In this document: piece after piece, positions 9,305 to 18,497 of the stretch | Layout: each line of letters opens with the position of its first letter | Position numbering within the stretch: position 1 is the first letter of the stretch | Origin: a virus | Strand: one strand, 5' to 3' | Virus record (IMG/VR): IMGVR_UViG_3300045812_000062 | Length of the DNA stretch: 64,000 nucleotides | Position numbers and translations under genes: made by a program | The notes under the pieces: generated by a model | What the model saw: the letters and a program-made list of their open reading frames with translations, nothing else | Databases searched by the model: none | What the model was told of the DNA's origin: nothing

Positions 9305-10123
9305 ATGAGAAAACTTAACGAACTCATTGAAAATGTAGAGGAAGGACATGGCCCTGACCATAAACTTGATAGCCTAATTGTGAGTGAGCTAGGACTTGAG
9401 GAAAAATGTCCATACTGGCTTCATTCGCATACAAGGATCACACCTATGCGGCTGACTTCTTCTCTTAGCGCGGTACAATCTCTTTTTGAAGATTTGATGC
9501 CTGAGGATGAAATGATTGTTTCCATCTCTCGTAACGTGTCGATTGCACGAGTTGGCAGAAAGGTGTGTGGATCAGTCGAATATTTTGCCGAAAGCTCGCA
9601 TAGATCGGAAACCCGCGCTCGATTGGCAGCCATCTTAAAAGCTGTAGAATTCAAGTTACAGACAGATGCAAATGAACCGGAGATTGTTACAGAATTCCCA
9701 GGACATGTTTTCAGCAGTCACGCAGCAGAACTTTGGAGTTATGATCTTTCATCTTTGATCAAACATGCAAAAGAAGACGACTACGACTTTAAAAATTCTA
9801 TGACACTCGCTGACGATATTGAGCAACTACGTGAGATGCGTAATGTACTACCTGAGCTAGCTGGTTTCAGAAATCAGTTACTATTGAATCTGTGGAGTGA
9901 TTTCTCGGGATATTGGCTATGTGTTGGACATGAATCCAATTATTCGCATGAAGATTTCTTACGTTATTTATTTGGCGTCATTGTTGGAGGAAAACGTGAA
10001 ATTTCTTTTGGCTCTCTAGAGGCAAAAGCGAGTGATGTTATGGCAAACTCCTTAATCCGATGCCATGATCTTAAAACGGCACGTAATGCAGCAAGAGCGT
10101 GGCTCTCATTAAACAGAGGATAA
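9305..10123 (+). CDS. hypothetical phage-like protein
   Basis: 272-aa ORF with GGTGGA RBS. Confidence 0.65.
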   Translation: MRKLNELIENVEEGHGPDHKLDSLIVSELGLEEKCPYWLHSHTRITPMRLTSSLSAVQSLFEDLMPEDEMIVSISRNVSIARVGRKVCGSVEYFAESSHRSETRARLAAILKAVEFKLQTDANEPEIVTEFPGHVFSSHAAELWSYDLSSLIKHAKEDDYDFKNSMTLADDIEQLREMRNVLPELAGFRNQLLLNLWSDFSGYWLCVGHESNYSHEDFLRYLFGVIVGGKREISFGSLEAKASDVMANSLIRCHDLKTARNAARAWLSLNRG

Positions 10124-10126
10124 AAC

Positions 10127-10417
10127 ATGGTCGATCTCAACAGACTACACAATAAATATCATGGTACGGCACCCAAGAGCTCTAAATATATCGGGCGCGG
10201 CTCTCCGTATGGAAATCCATATGTCATTGGCAAGGACGGCACTCGCGATGATGTGTGCGACAAGTTTGAACAAAACACGCTTCCAACACTTGATTTGCGA
10301 CCTCTTATGTTTCAGCACGTGATCTGCTTCTGCAAACCGCAGCGATGCCATGGAGAATCCATTCTCAGGGCACTCGAAGTTCTGGAAAACGAAGAACGTG
10401 AAAACATAATGCTGTAA
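10127..10417 (+). CDS. DUF4326-family protein
   Basis: YIGRGSPYGNPY...RDDVCDKF...ICFCKPQRCHG motif. Confidence 0.85.
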   Translation: MVDLNRLHNKYHGTAPKSSKYIGRGSPYGNPYVIGKDGTRDDVCDKFEQNTLPTLDLRPLMFQHVICFCKPQRCHGESILRALEVLENEERENIML

Positions 10418-10485
10418 GTGATCATTCCATGTAATTATTAACGATGACTTTAGCAGATAACATATTCTAAACGTTAGATAATAAA

Positions 10486-11847
10486 TTAGCTAGATTTGCT
10501 TACCGCATTCAGAGAAGGCGAGCAGAATTTCACTCTCATCAATTCAACAGCCTGCTCAAACTTCTTCTCTGAATCTCTAACCGCTTGATATGGAGTCATA
10601 TAATCCAATTCTGGATTAGGCATCAATTTCCAAGTATTAACTCTTCTATTTCGGAATTTTCTAGCTTCACTATTAAACCATTTCATTCTTTGATCAACCC
10701 GGTCCTCATGTCTTTCTTCCGCTTCCCGTCTCATTCTTTTAGCAGTCTCTAAAGCTTCTTTTTTAGCCCTTTCAGCGATCTCAAATGCCTCTCTTTTAGC
10801 TCTTTCAGCGGCCACTATTGCTGCGCTTCTAGCGTTTTCGGCAGCCTCCTGTATAGCTCTTTTGGTTCGTTCAGCAGCTTCAAGCTTCTTCTTCGCAGCA
10901 TCTATTTTATTCATGAATGCTTCGTAAATCGGCAAGCCCATCATGTCATCTGGAATTTTTGGTAATTCTTGTGAGTATTTTGAATTTAAATTGCTAACCC
11001 CCAACCATAAATAGTTATACCAAGTCGAGCCATTATTTAAAAAACTAATAACATCCAATCCATGTAATGTTGCTCTTTCATTTATCCACCTTTCAAAATC
11101 AAAGCTCTCAAACAACTCATTATCAATACGAGTTAAAAACGTTTGAACCAGAACTTTTATTTCTGTCATTCTTTTTTCCGCTAATTTATTCTCCAATTCA
11201 CGAGACATCTCATCATATTTGCGATTCCACAACCATTCGCGTGGGGCATCATGCAAAATCAAATTTTCAATATTCTTGACCTTTTTATCCTTGAACGCAG
11301 CGAGATTTATTTCTATGGTGGATATACCAATATCCTTCAAATACGAAATTTTTTGATCATCACAGAAGTGCGTCACCGCGAATTCAACGAAGAATCGAGT
11401 TCCTCTGTGTTCACAGATGACGTCTGGAATTATCCTCCCGACTCTCTTTTCCAAAGAGACGCAGTCGACATCAATATCAAAAGCTGGTGACTTTATCACT
11501 TTAAATTCACCCCGCTTTAAAGAAACCTCAGGAAGTGAAATTTTCCTTCTTTTTTCTATGACGGCCTTTGCCAATTTATGAAGTGCAGTTTCTCCAGGAG
11601 AATAACAGTCTCTGTCTCTCGCATTTGCCTCATGGGCGAAGTGATAAATCTGCTTCTTTGCTTTCCCTTTCTTGGCGATCAACCTCTCCCCGCATTCGGG
11701 ACAAACACAAGCGCACGACAAACCGCGATCCACTTCTGATATATGAACGATTTCGCCACCATTAACTTTTTCTCCGAAAAATATCCTGCCTCCTTCATGT
11801 TTTTTAAAGAAGTCTCCAATCAAGAAATCGTCACGGTCGCATTCCAT
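10486..11847 (-). CDS. CoiA-like zinc-finger/PD-(D/E)xK nuclease with coiled coil and C-terminal MbcA/ParS-like segment
   Basis: CVCPECGERLIAKKG...HFAH...GETALHKLAK, IIPDV...VEFAVTH; C-terminal WKLMPNPELDYMTP. Confidence 0.65.
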   Translation of the reverse strand: MECDRDDFLIGDFFKKHEGGRIFFGEKVNGGEIVHISEVDRGLSCACVCPECGERLIAKKGKAKKQIYHFAHEANARDRDCYSPGETALHKLAKAVIEKRRKISLPEVSLKRGEFKVIKSPAFDIDVDCVSLEKRVGRIIPDVICEHRGTRFFVEFAVTHFCDDQKISYLKDIGISTIEINLAAFKDKKVKNIENLILHDAPREWLWNRKYDEMSRELENKLAEKRMTEIKVLVQTFLTRIDNELFESFDFERWINERATLHGLDVISFLNNGSTWYNYLWLGVSNLNSKYSQELPKIPDDMMGLPIYEAFMNKIDAAKKKLEAAERTKRAIQEAAENARSAAIVAAERAKREAFEIAERAKKEALETAKRMRREAEERHEDRVDQRMKWFNSEARKFRNRRVNTWKLMPNPELDYMTPYQAVRDSEKKFEQAVELMRVKFCSPSLNAVSKSS

Positions 11848-12081
11848 ATGTACTTCTCAATTCATCTAATAATCATATGTGGACTTTTTGTTATCATTGA
11901 AGAATATGTTTTGGATGTAAAGAGGTCGGAAAGCTATATGTTTTCACGCGGATAAATAATCCCATTTCAAGTGTGTGACGCAGTCACTTTCGACCACCTT
12001 TCAAAAAAATTAGTAATTATAATCGCTTGACGTTCGTCAACATATTGGTCAGCATTATTTAAAATAATCAGAAAAAAAGGA

Positions 12082-12303
12082 ATGAGCATGAAGATCAATC
12101 TATTTCTCAAGAAAAATATGGACATTCTGACGATGGTTCAGCTCATCCTCATTCTTCTTGTACTCCTCCATAGTTGGTCTGAATTCCTTAGTTCAATTAA
12201 ACTCGGTTTAAATGGAGCGCTTTTCGTATTTTCTCTCTCAGGTTTCTACACGGCCTCGCTTTCAAAAGATGAAACAATGATCTTCAAAAAGGATAGAATA
12301 TGA
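12082..12303 (+). CDS. small membrane protein
   Basis: Two hydrophobic segments; AAGGA RBS; overlaps next ORF. Confidence 0.5.
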   Translation: MSMKINLFLKKNMDILTMVQLILILLVLLHSWSEFLSSIKLGLNGALFVFSLSGFYTASLSKDETMIFKKDRI

Positions 12304-12719
12304 AGATTAAGCGTTTATTTATTAATAATGTGAGTGCCTTGTCGGTGTTCTTTATAGGTCTGTTTCTATTTAGCAGCTCTGGTATCGCATCGGATTTGAT
12401 CAAAAAAGTAGGAAATCCTGCATACAATTTTCTGCCGTGGCTTGGTTTCATTATTTTCACGATCTTCATCGTCGTTTCCAGAATCCGGTTTTTCTGCAAG
12501 ATGCTGCCTGTCCTCGCATATCGCCACGACAACGCATTTATTCCCTTCGCGCTGGCGATATTCAATCTGGTTTTCTACCTGGCGACGGTGTTTTCTTTGA
12601 ATACTGAAAATCAGAATGTCGACTTTCAAATTCATTCGGTTTCCTGCCTCTACGTGGGATGCCTATTCGCCGCCTTTGCGCAAGGCACATACCTCCACCC
12701 AAAACCACAAACAATTTAG
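12300..12719 (+). CDS. multi-pass membrane protein
   Basis: About four hydrophobic segments. Confidence 0.55.
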   Translation: MKIKRLFINNVSALSVFFIGLFLFSSSGIASDLIKKVGNPAYNFLPWLGFIIFTIFIVVSRIRFFCKMLPVLAYRHDNAFIPFALAIFNLVFYLATVFSLNTENQNVDFQIHSVSCLYVGCLFAAFAQGTYLHPKPQTI

Positions 12720-12765
12720 TTTTTTTCACTTCTAACCTCTCAAAAAATAGAGAAGGCAATTTATC

Positions 12766-13554
12766 ATGCTGCATAATCCAGCAATTAATCCCGATGCAAA
12801 TGCCATTATTGATGTTCAGACCGCAGAAAGGACAGGGGACTGGATACAGACGTATTCGTCTCGTCAGTTTTGGGCGCTAGACCCCCGTCCTGAAGATTTC
12901 GATATTATGGATATAGCACATGCGCTTTCCATGATTTGCCGTTTTAATGGCCATTGCATTCGATATTATTCGGTTGCAGAACATTCTATCCTGATGGCGA
13001 TTTATTTTATTAAAAAGGGCGATTATGCCAACGCACTTTGGGCGCTCTTGCATGATGGCACCGAAGCCTATCTCTGTGACATTCCTAGACCTATTAAGCC
13101 TTATCTAACTGGTTACAAGGAAGTCGAAGACAGTCTGATGTCGATTATTGCCAAAAGATTTCATCTTGATGGCGTTACCATGCCGAAGGCTGTCAAGGAT
13201 ATCGATTACGCTATTCTCTTCGCAGAAGCTGCGCAAAATATGGGACCTGCACCAACTGCTTGGAATAGTCCCGTTGATGCGCTTGACGTCAAGCTTCAGT
13301 ATTGGACGCCTGAGCAGGCAGAGCGCAATTTCCTGCATGTCTTTGACGTTCTCACCAATCCAAATACCGAAATCGACTACGATTTACTTTTCACGAACGA
13401 CAACAAGCCTGCCGCCCAAGTCGACATTTCGAATATTGTCGAAGTCAGTGATTGGCTGAAGGTGCTCGATGCCGATGGCGGCAAGGCTTCTCTACCACGT
13501 CATGCTATCGAGGCACTTCTAAGCGCAGCTCGTACCAATCAATTGGCCGCCTGA
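12766..13554 (+). CDS. HD-domain phosphohydrolase (phage YfbR/5'-deoxynucleotidase-like)
   Basis: DIAHALSMICRFNGH...YSVAEHS...ALLHDGTEAYLCDIPRPIK. Confidence 0.9.
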   Translation: MLHNPAINPDANAIIDVQTAERTGDWIQTYSSRQFWALDPRPEDFDIMDIAHALSMICRFNGHCIRYYSVAEHSILMAIYFIKKGDYANALWALLHDGTEAYLCDIPRPIKPYLTGYKEVEDSLMSIIAKRFHLDGVTMPKAVKDIDYAILFAEAAQNMGPAPTAWNSPVDALDVKLQYWTPEQAERNFLHVFDVLTNPNTEIDYDLLFTNDNKPAAQVDISNIVEVSDWLKVLDADGGKASLPRHAIEALLSAARTNQLAA

Positions 13555-13558
13555 CGAT

Positions 13559-13948
13559 ATGCGCGACGAAGTCGATATAAAACACAAATTCGGCTACTCG
13601 CATCACGTGGAGATGCAAGAGATCAGGGCCAAGCTGCGCGCTGAAGGCGAGACTGACCAGGCAACGATTCATTTCAAAGCCGTCGCCGAATATGAGCGAC
13701 GGCATAAGAACGATCCAACTTTCGCTCAGAAGCAGGCATCAGCGCGTGCCAGAGGCGAAAAGTGGGTTCCGCCACTCGAAAGCGACCAGCCTTCGCTCCT
13801 GGATCAGTACAGGGCCGCTCTTGAGGCAATCAGGGACGGCCATAACGACCCGCGCGAACTGGCGCGTACGGTTTTAGAAACGAACACATTCAAAAAGGGC
13901 GCGCACAATGGCGACGAAGCTGACTTACAGACCCAACGACCTCGATGA
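13559..13948 (+). CDS. hypothetical phage-like protein
   Basis: Packed ORF. Confidence 0.6.
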   Translation: MRDEVDIKHKFGYSHHVEMQEIRAKLRAEGETDQATIHFKAVAEYERRHKNDPTFAQKQASARARGEKWVPPLESDQPSLLDQYRAALEAIRDGHNDPRELARTVLETNTFKKGAHNGDEADLQTQRPR

Positions 13949-14234
13949 CTGGGGCTTCATTCGTAGGGATGATGGAAGTCTCTTTGCAGTCGTTCGACGT
14001 CCAATCGGCCAAGTGGATATGGCTTATCATCGCGAAATGAAGACTGACCCCTTCGAGGACCTCGGCCGTCGCCTGATTGCGTCGTATGACGAAGAAAGCA
14101 CCTATGAGAAACTTCAGGCCACCGAACGACGAGCTGCCGATGCAGAACGTCTCCTGGCAGAAATCGAAAAGCGCTTTCCGAATTGGCGATCCTATCGAGA
14201 TTTGCTGGATTGCATTGATGCAACGCTTATTTAA
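13908..14234 (+). CDS. hypothetical phage-like protein
   Basis: Packed ORF with AAGGG RBS. Confidence 0.6.
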   Translation: MATKLTYRPNDLDDWGFIRRDDGSLFAVVRRPIGQVDMAYHREMKTDPFEDLGRRLIASYDEESTYEKLQATERRAADAERLLAEIEKRFPNWRSYRDLLDCIDATLI

Positions 14235-14272
14235 ATGCTTACCCCTACACGCAATTAATTCTCAGGTAAAAA

Positions 14273-14665
14273 ATGGCTTATAACAATCATCGCAATATTA
14301 ATGATTTTGAATTTCTGGCATTTATTTTTTTCTTAATTCTCTTTATTTCACAAATATATACGCCACTCTGTGATTTTAGCACAAATTGGAGTCGATCTTC
14401 ATCCAGAGACAAAATTTGGTCAAACGTTACAAATTTTGCTTCAATGGCAGATTGCGACACCAATAGCAAACGAGCTAATTTTTTAGGAATGATATGCAAA
14501 GTTCATAAAAATTACGAAATAATATCGGATGGTAATTCATTATATATTTATAATGCCTTGACCGAAAATTTGGTGATGACTGGAAAAATTAATGATGGTG
14601 AAGGCTCTGCGGCTTATACAAAAGATGCGACTCAATTTTATGGGTTGGCGTATTCATTTGAATAA
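14273..14665 (+). CDS. hypothetical protein with N-terminal TM segment
   Basis: Hydrophobic FLAFIFFLILFISQI; AT-rich. Confidence 0.5.
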   Translation: MAYNNHRNINDFEFLAFIFFLILFISQIYTPLCDFSTNWSRSSSRDKIWSNVTNFASMADCDTNSKRANFLGMICKVHKNYEIISDGNSLYIYNALTENLVMTGKINDGEGSAAYTKDATQFYGLAYSFE

Positions 14666-14782
14666 TAGTTCATATTTAAGAAGATCTATTTTTTAAAATA
14701 ATATATATCATCTTGATAAGGCATATAATTATTGCTAGCCAACGTATTCAATTCTGATTTACCGTTAATTGGAGATAAACCG

Positions 14783-15955
14783 ATGTCCCATTGCCCTGCA
14801 ACTACTGATCAGATCGATAGCGCCTGCATGTCATACCGTCACGATTTCGGTCTGCTAGCAACAGAAAAACGGGATTCATTGAGAAATGACGCTCGATATT
14901 GGCTCGAAGCCTGGATGAAGGAAGGGCTTGTCCTCGATATCAATAATCTCAATCAGACCATCGTTAATTTACGACTTGAAATCGCAGAGTTGAAAAAAAA
15001 CGTCGCTTCGGCAGAAGCTTCGACTTCCGCTGAGAATGATTTGCGTACTCAAGTCATTCTATTGCAGTCAGAAAATAATGAATTAAAGCGCCAGCTCGAA
15101 AAAGCGACCAATCCGGAGTATTTGGCAACGGCACTAACATCTATTGGCGTTGCGGATAATGATTGGCAAAAAATCGCAGAACAACGAACTGAGCAGGTGG
15201 CTGCTCTTAATTCTGCTCTCAAGGTGGCAAAACAGGCAGTAGTTGATTGGCTACATATTTATGCCCATGATTTTTGTGATGAGGCAGATGTTAAAGCCGC
15301 ACAAGAGCGCGTGCATAAACACGGAACAATCGCATATATCGCAAATGTGGAGCAGGTTATTAGAGAAGCATACCAAGTTGCTTCATATGAAGATGTCTTG
15401 CCTGAGCATCCAGTTATCGGGCAATTGAATGATGTTCCGCTACCGATTAACCGAGCCTATCTGACAACCGATAAGGATGGCTCAACCGTTCTATCGACTG
15501 TAGAACGCGTATGGTCAGATGATGATATCCAGGACTTCGAAATCAGTACTGTCAATCTGGTTGACGGGAAACAGTCAGCTGAAATTATTCGCTCACTCAG
15601 ATTTGAAACATTAAGACTTTACAATGATATACAGAACAAAGTTCGTAAATTGCGTGACCAACATGGCAAAGCTAGTGGAACTTTAGCCGAAGAAGCGGCT
15701 TGGGATATGGCCAATCGAGTGATGTCATACATCAAGCAGATTAAATTTGACGGGCAGGGTGCCTTTGTGAAAGGGCAAGTTATCAGTAATGATGATGTAA
15801 CAGAGATCAATCGCGTGCTGACAAAATTCAGTCATACGATTGAAAACCAGAAAACAAACGGGCCGGATGTCAAGCAGGCAGTCATTGCTAACTATGGTGA
15901 CCTTGCACTCGTATTGTTACGTAAAATCGCAACCGCTTCGAAGGAGACAGCATGA
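14783..15955 (+). CDS. hypothetical coiled-coil protein
   Basis: GGAG RBS before MSHCP; long coiled coil. Confidence 0.7.
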   Translation: MSHCPATTDQIDSACMSYRHDFGLLATEKRDSLRNDARYWLEAWMKEGLVLDINNLNQTIVNLRLEIAELKKNVASAEASTSAENDLRTQVILLQSENNELKRQLEKATNPEYLATALTSIGVADNDWQKIAEQRTEQVAALNSALKVAKQAVVDWLHIYAHDFCDEADVKAAQERVHKHGTIAYIANVEQVIREAYQVASYEDVLPEHPVIGQLNDVPLPINRAYLTTDKDGSTVLSTVERVWSDDDIQDFEISTVNLVDGKQSAEIIRSLRFETLRLYNDIQNKVRKLRDQHGKASGTLAEEAAWDMANRVMSYIKQIKFDGQGAFVKGQVISNDDVTEINRVLTKFSHTIENQKTNGPDVKQAVIANYGDLALVLLRKIATASKETA

Positions 15956-16239
15956 GAAACGGCAAAACCCCGTACACCGAGCCGTATGGCGTGTTGGCCG
16001 ACCATGATCAGGTTCTGGAGATCATCGGCCGTCTGGATAAGTTTGAGACCTGCAAGGAAGCCAGAGAATTTCTGCTTTCTATTGTTGAATCTGGCGAGAT
16101 CGATATTAGGCCAGTTGGCACCTACCTCGACATTCGGCACGCGAAACTCATGTCTCCGAAGGCACTGATCGATGACATTGTGACCTTTACGGCTGGCGCT
16201 CGCCTGAACTCCCAAGCAATTCGAGGCGTCGCACTATGA
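15952..16239 (+). CDS. hypothetical protein
   Basis: ATGA overlap, AAGGAG RBS. Confidence 0.6.
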   Translation: MRNGKTPYTEPYGVLADHDQVLEIIGRLDKFETCKEAREFLLSIVESGEIDIRPVGTYLDIRHAKLMSPKALIDDIVTFTAGARLNSQAIRGVAL

Positions 16240-16451
16240 GGATCGACAATTCACTCCGCGAAGCGTCCAATGACAGCGAGCGCCTTGCCATGTGTAGGCT
16301 CGCTACGCTGATCAAAAACGGGCTGTTTCAGCAGGCTCCAGACATGGCAGAGACCAGCATGGCGATGATGTCTCTTGAGGCAAATATGAATAAAGTCGAC
16401 GTCAATCTTATGCACTTTGGCGACTTTGAGATTATCGTCCGAAAAAAGTGA
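16236..16451 (+). CDS. hypothetical protein
   Basis: ATGA overlap. Confidence 0.55.
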   Translation: MRIDNSLREASNDSERLAMCRLATLIKNGLFQQAPDMAETSMAMMSLEANMNKVDVNLMHFGDFEIIVRKK

Positions 16452-16591
16452 CATTAAAGATTAGATCGGATCTAATAAACCTTACGGAATTGCAGGGCTT
16501 TTCGCTTAGTTGGTTACATGGATTGATTGACAGCTGTGTCGATATGTTGTGAAGACGTCGCACTGTGTGACTTAGAAGGAATAGCAACCAT

Positions 16592-16852
16592 ATGTGGGTG
16601 GATGACAGATCAGACGGAGAGCCGCAAAATGATCCTGAAGAATTCCACGAAGTCTGGTGGATTGCTAGCAGGCATCAAGAACCATGGGCAGGCCTTCGCA
16701 TTGCGCATTTTCGCAAGACCACAGATGGAACGTTGATTTTCTTCATTTTGGGCGACACTCCAGAACGGACTGGCCCTCGCACATGGAGCGATGTCTCTGT
16801 ACGAGAAGGCTGGAAAATGGTCGAGCAGATACCCATTCCTGCTAGATGGTGA
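16592..16852 (+). CDS. hypothetical protein
   Basis: AAGGA RBS; 86 aa. Confidence 0.55.
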   Translation: MWVDDRSDGEPQNDPEEFHEVWWIASRHQEPWAGLRIAHFRKTTDGTLIFFILGDTPERTGPRTWSDVSVREGWKMVEQIPIPARW

Positions 16853-16868
16853 CCGATAAATGACACGA

Positions 16869-16893
16869 GAAAGCCCCTCGCTAAGCGAGGCTC
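16869..16893 (-). terminator. intrinsic terminator between convergent genes
   Basis: CCTCGC-TAA-GCGAGG hairpin with T-run on the minus strand. Confidence 0.5.
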
Positions 16894-16900
16894 GTATTCA

Positions 16901-17464
16901 CTAACGCCAACGTTTCTTGCTTTTCACCAGAGACGGCTTGGATCTGAGCTTTTGTAGTTCTGCTTCCTTCTGCTCATTTCGCTTGTCGATGAAAAGGTAG
17001 TAGGCGTAAGCCAGATTGCCAGATCGGTCGAGTACATGATCCGCGATCTCGATCACTCGCGTATTTGGCTCGATATTCTTGTAAGTCTCGAACATGTAGG
17101 CAATCGCATCATCTTCGCGCCCCTCTCCAAGACGATCAGCAAGGATCGCTAATGCGGTAGCGGGCGACCGACGTTCACCTGCGCCACAATGAACGAGCAA
17201 CGGGACGTCACGATGCTGACGGGCAAATTCGATAGCCCGCTCAAGATGTTCGAAACTCACGAGCTTAGAGCTACCGCGAAAGCTGATCGCATCATCGAAT
17301 TCCAGAATGAGTTGCTTGACGCCGGATACTTCTGGAACAACAAATTGCGGATAACCTGGATCGCCAATGGTGATCACAGCGCCGAACTCCTTGTAGTACT
17401 GCCTTGCGAAGTCTCGCGATGCAACTTTGATCTCGCCGATATCTTCCTTAGTGAGCGTTGTCAT
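16901..17464 (-). CDS. protein-tyrosine-phosphatase-like protein (COG5350 type), copy 2
   Basis: CX5R motif LLVHCGAGERRSPA; ITIGDP, QLILEFDD, EPN.RVI. Confidence 0.85.
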   Translation of the reverse strand: MTTLTKEDIGEIKVASRDFARQYYKEFGAVITIGDPGYPQFVVPEVSGVKQLILEFDDAISFRGSSKLVSFEHLERAIEFARQHRDVPLLVHCGAGERRSPATALAILADRLGEGREDDAIAYMFETYKNIEPNTRVIEIADHVLDRSGNLAYAYYLFIDKRNEQKEAELQKLRSKPSLVKSKKRWR

Positions 17465-17476
17465 GGAGCCTCCTGC

Positions 17477-17992
17477 CTACCAGTTAAATTTTTCTTGAGG
17501 CTTCGATTTGGCAACCTCGGCCGACTTCCTGCGGAATGCTCCTAACAATGCCCTGTCGCGCTCCAAAATTCTGTCCGCGCAGGCGACAACGCGCTCATTG
17601 GGCTCAATACTTTTAAATGTTGAAAACAAATATTCGACAGCCTCGTTTTCTCGGCCAGCACCAAGCCTGTCAGCAATAATGGCAAGAGCGATTGCTGGAG
17701 AACGAGAAACGCCAGCAGCACAATGAATCAATAGCTTGTCGTCCTTGTGCTGTCGCGCAAATAGAATGGCTTGAGATACGTGATCAATAGAAGGCGCGAC
17801 CCATTGGCGATCCAACCTGCTGATATCATTAAAAGCAAGGACAAGTTGCGGCATTCCGTTTTTTACTCGCAAACCAAAGCCGCAGTCCGGGTCTTCAATC
17901 GTGATGACAGCGTCGTGTTTCTGGTGACTGAATTGCGCTTCCGCCAATGATACGACATCGATTGATCCGAGATCACTCGTATAACTGTGCAT
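17477..17992 (-). CDS. protein-tyrosine-phosphatase-like protein (COG5350 type), copy 1
   Basis: CX5R motif LLIHCAAGVSRSPA; ITIEDP, QLVLAFND, EPNERVV. Confidence 0.85.
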   Translation of the reverse strand: MHSYTSDLGSIDVVSLAEAQFSHQKHDAVITIEDPDCGFGLRVKNGMPQLVLAFNDISRLDRQWVAPSIDHVSQAILFARQHKDDKLLIHCAAGVSRSPAIALAIIADRLGAGRENEAVEYLFSTFKSIEPNERVVACADRILERDRALLGAFRRKSAEVAKSKPQEKFNW

Positions 17993-18097
17993 TTGTTTGT
18001 TCTCCTTAATTAAGGAAACTATTACAGGGTTAAATCGGAAATATCCATTGTTAATTATGCAAAATAGGTTTTAAATGCGCATTTAAAGGAGCCAAGG

Positions 18098-18265
18098 ATG
18101 TCATATCTATCAATAGTCGTCACATTTGCGATTGTGAGTGTAATTTTTGCCAGAAAGGCACGCCAGTTTCGTTTGGATGGCAAGCAAAATACCATGAAGT
18201 TATTGATTGCCCTGTATCTCGTATTCGCAATGATTGCCTGCGCTGCTGTAGTTTTTTCGTCATAA
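18098..18265 (+). CDS. small two-TM protein (55 aa, below ORF-track cutoff)
   Basis: Read by hand: MSYLSIVVTFAIVSVIFARKARQFRLDGKQNTMKLLIALYLVFAMIACAAVVFSS; AAGGA RBS. Confidence 0.55.
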   Translation: MSYLSIVVTFAIVSVIFARKARQFRLDGKQNTMKLLIALYLVFAMIACAAVVFSS

Positions 18266-18269
18266 CAAA

Positions 18270-18422
18270 ATGATTCTAGACACTTTAATCGTTGGAATTG
18301 CAATGTTGCTAGCTGAGATAGCGGTCAGAAGATTTGACCTTCCAACCACGCACGCATTTCGTTTTCTAGTTTTTATCGTTATCTCCCTCTTATGGTCGAT
18401 TTTAAAAAACCTGTTTGGCTAG
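18270..18422 (+). CDS. small two-TM protein (50 aa, below ORF-track cutoff)
   Basis: Read by hand: MILDTLIVGIAMLLAEIAVRRFDLPTTHAFRFLVFIVISLLWSILKNLFG. Confidence 0.45.
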   Translation: MILDTLIVGIAMLLAEIAVRRFDLPTTHAFRFLVFIVISLLWSILKNLFG

Positions 18423-18497
18423 TAAAAAAAGACTAGCGATTAAATTTTTATCATTTATCTATGAATTATATGCCGCATCTAAATTTTGGAGAACCGT

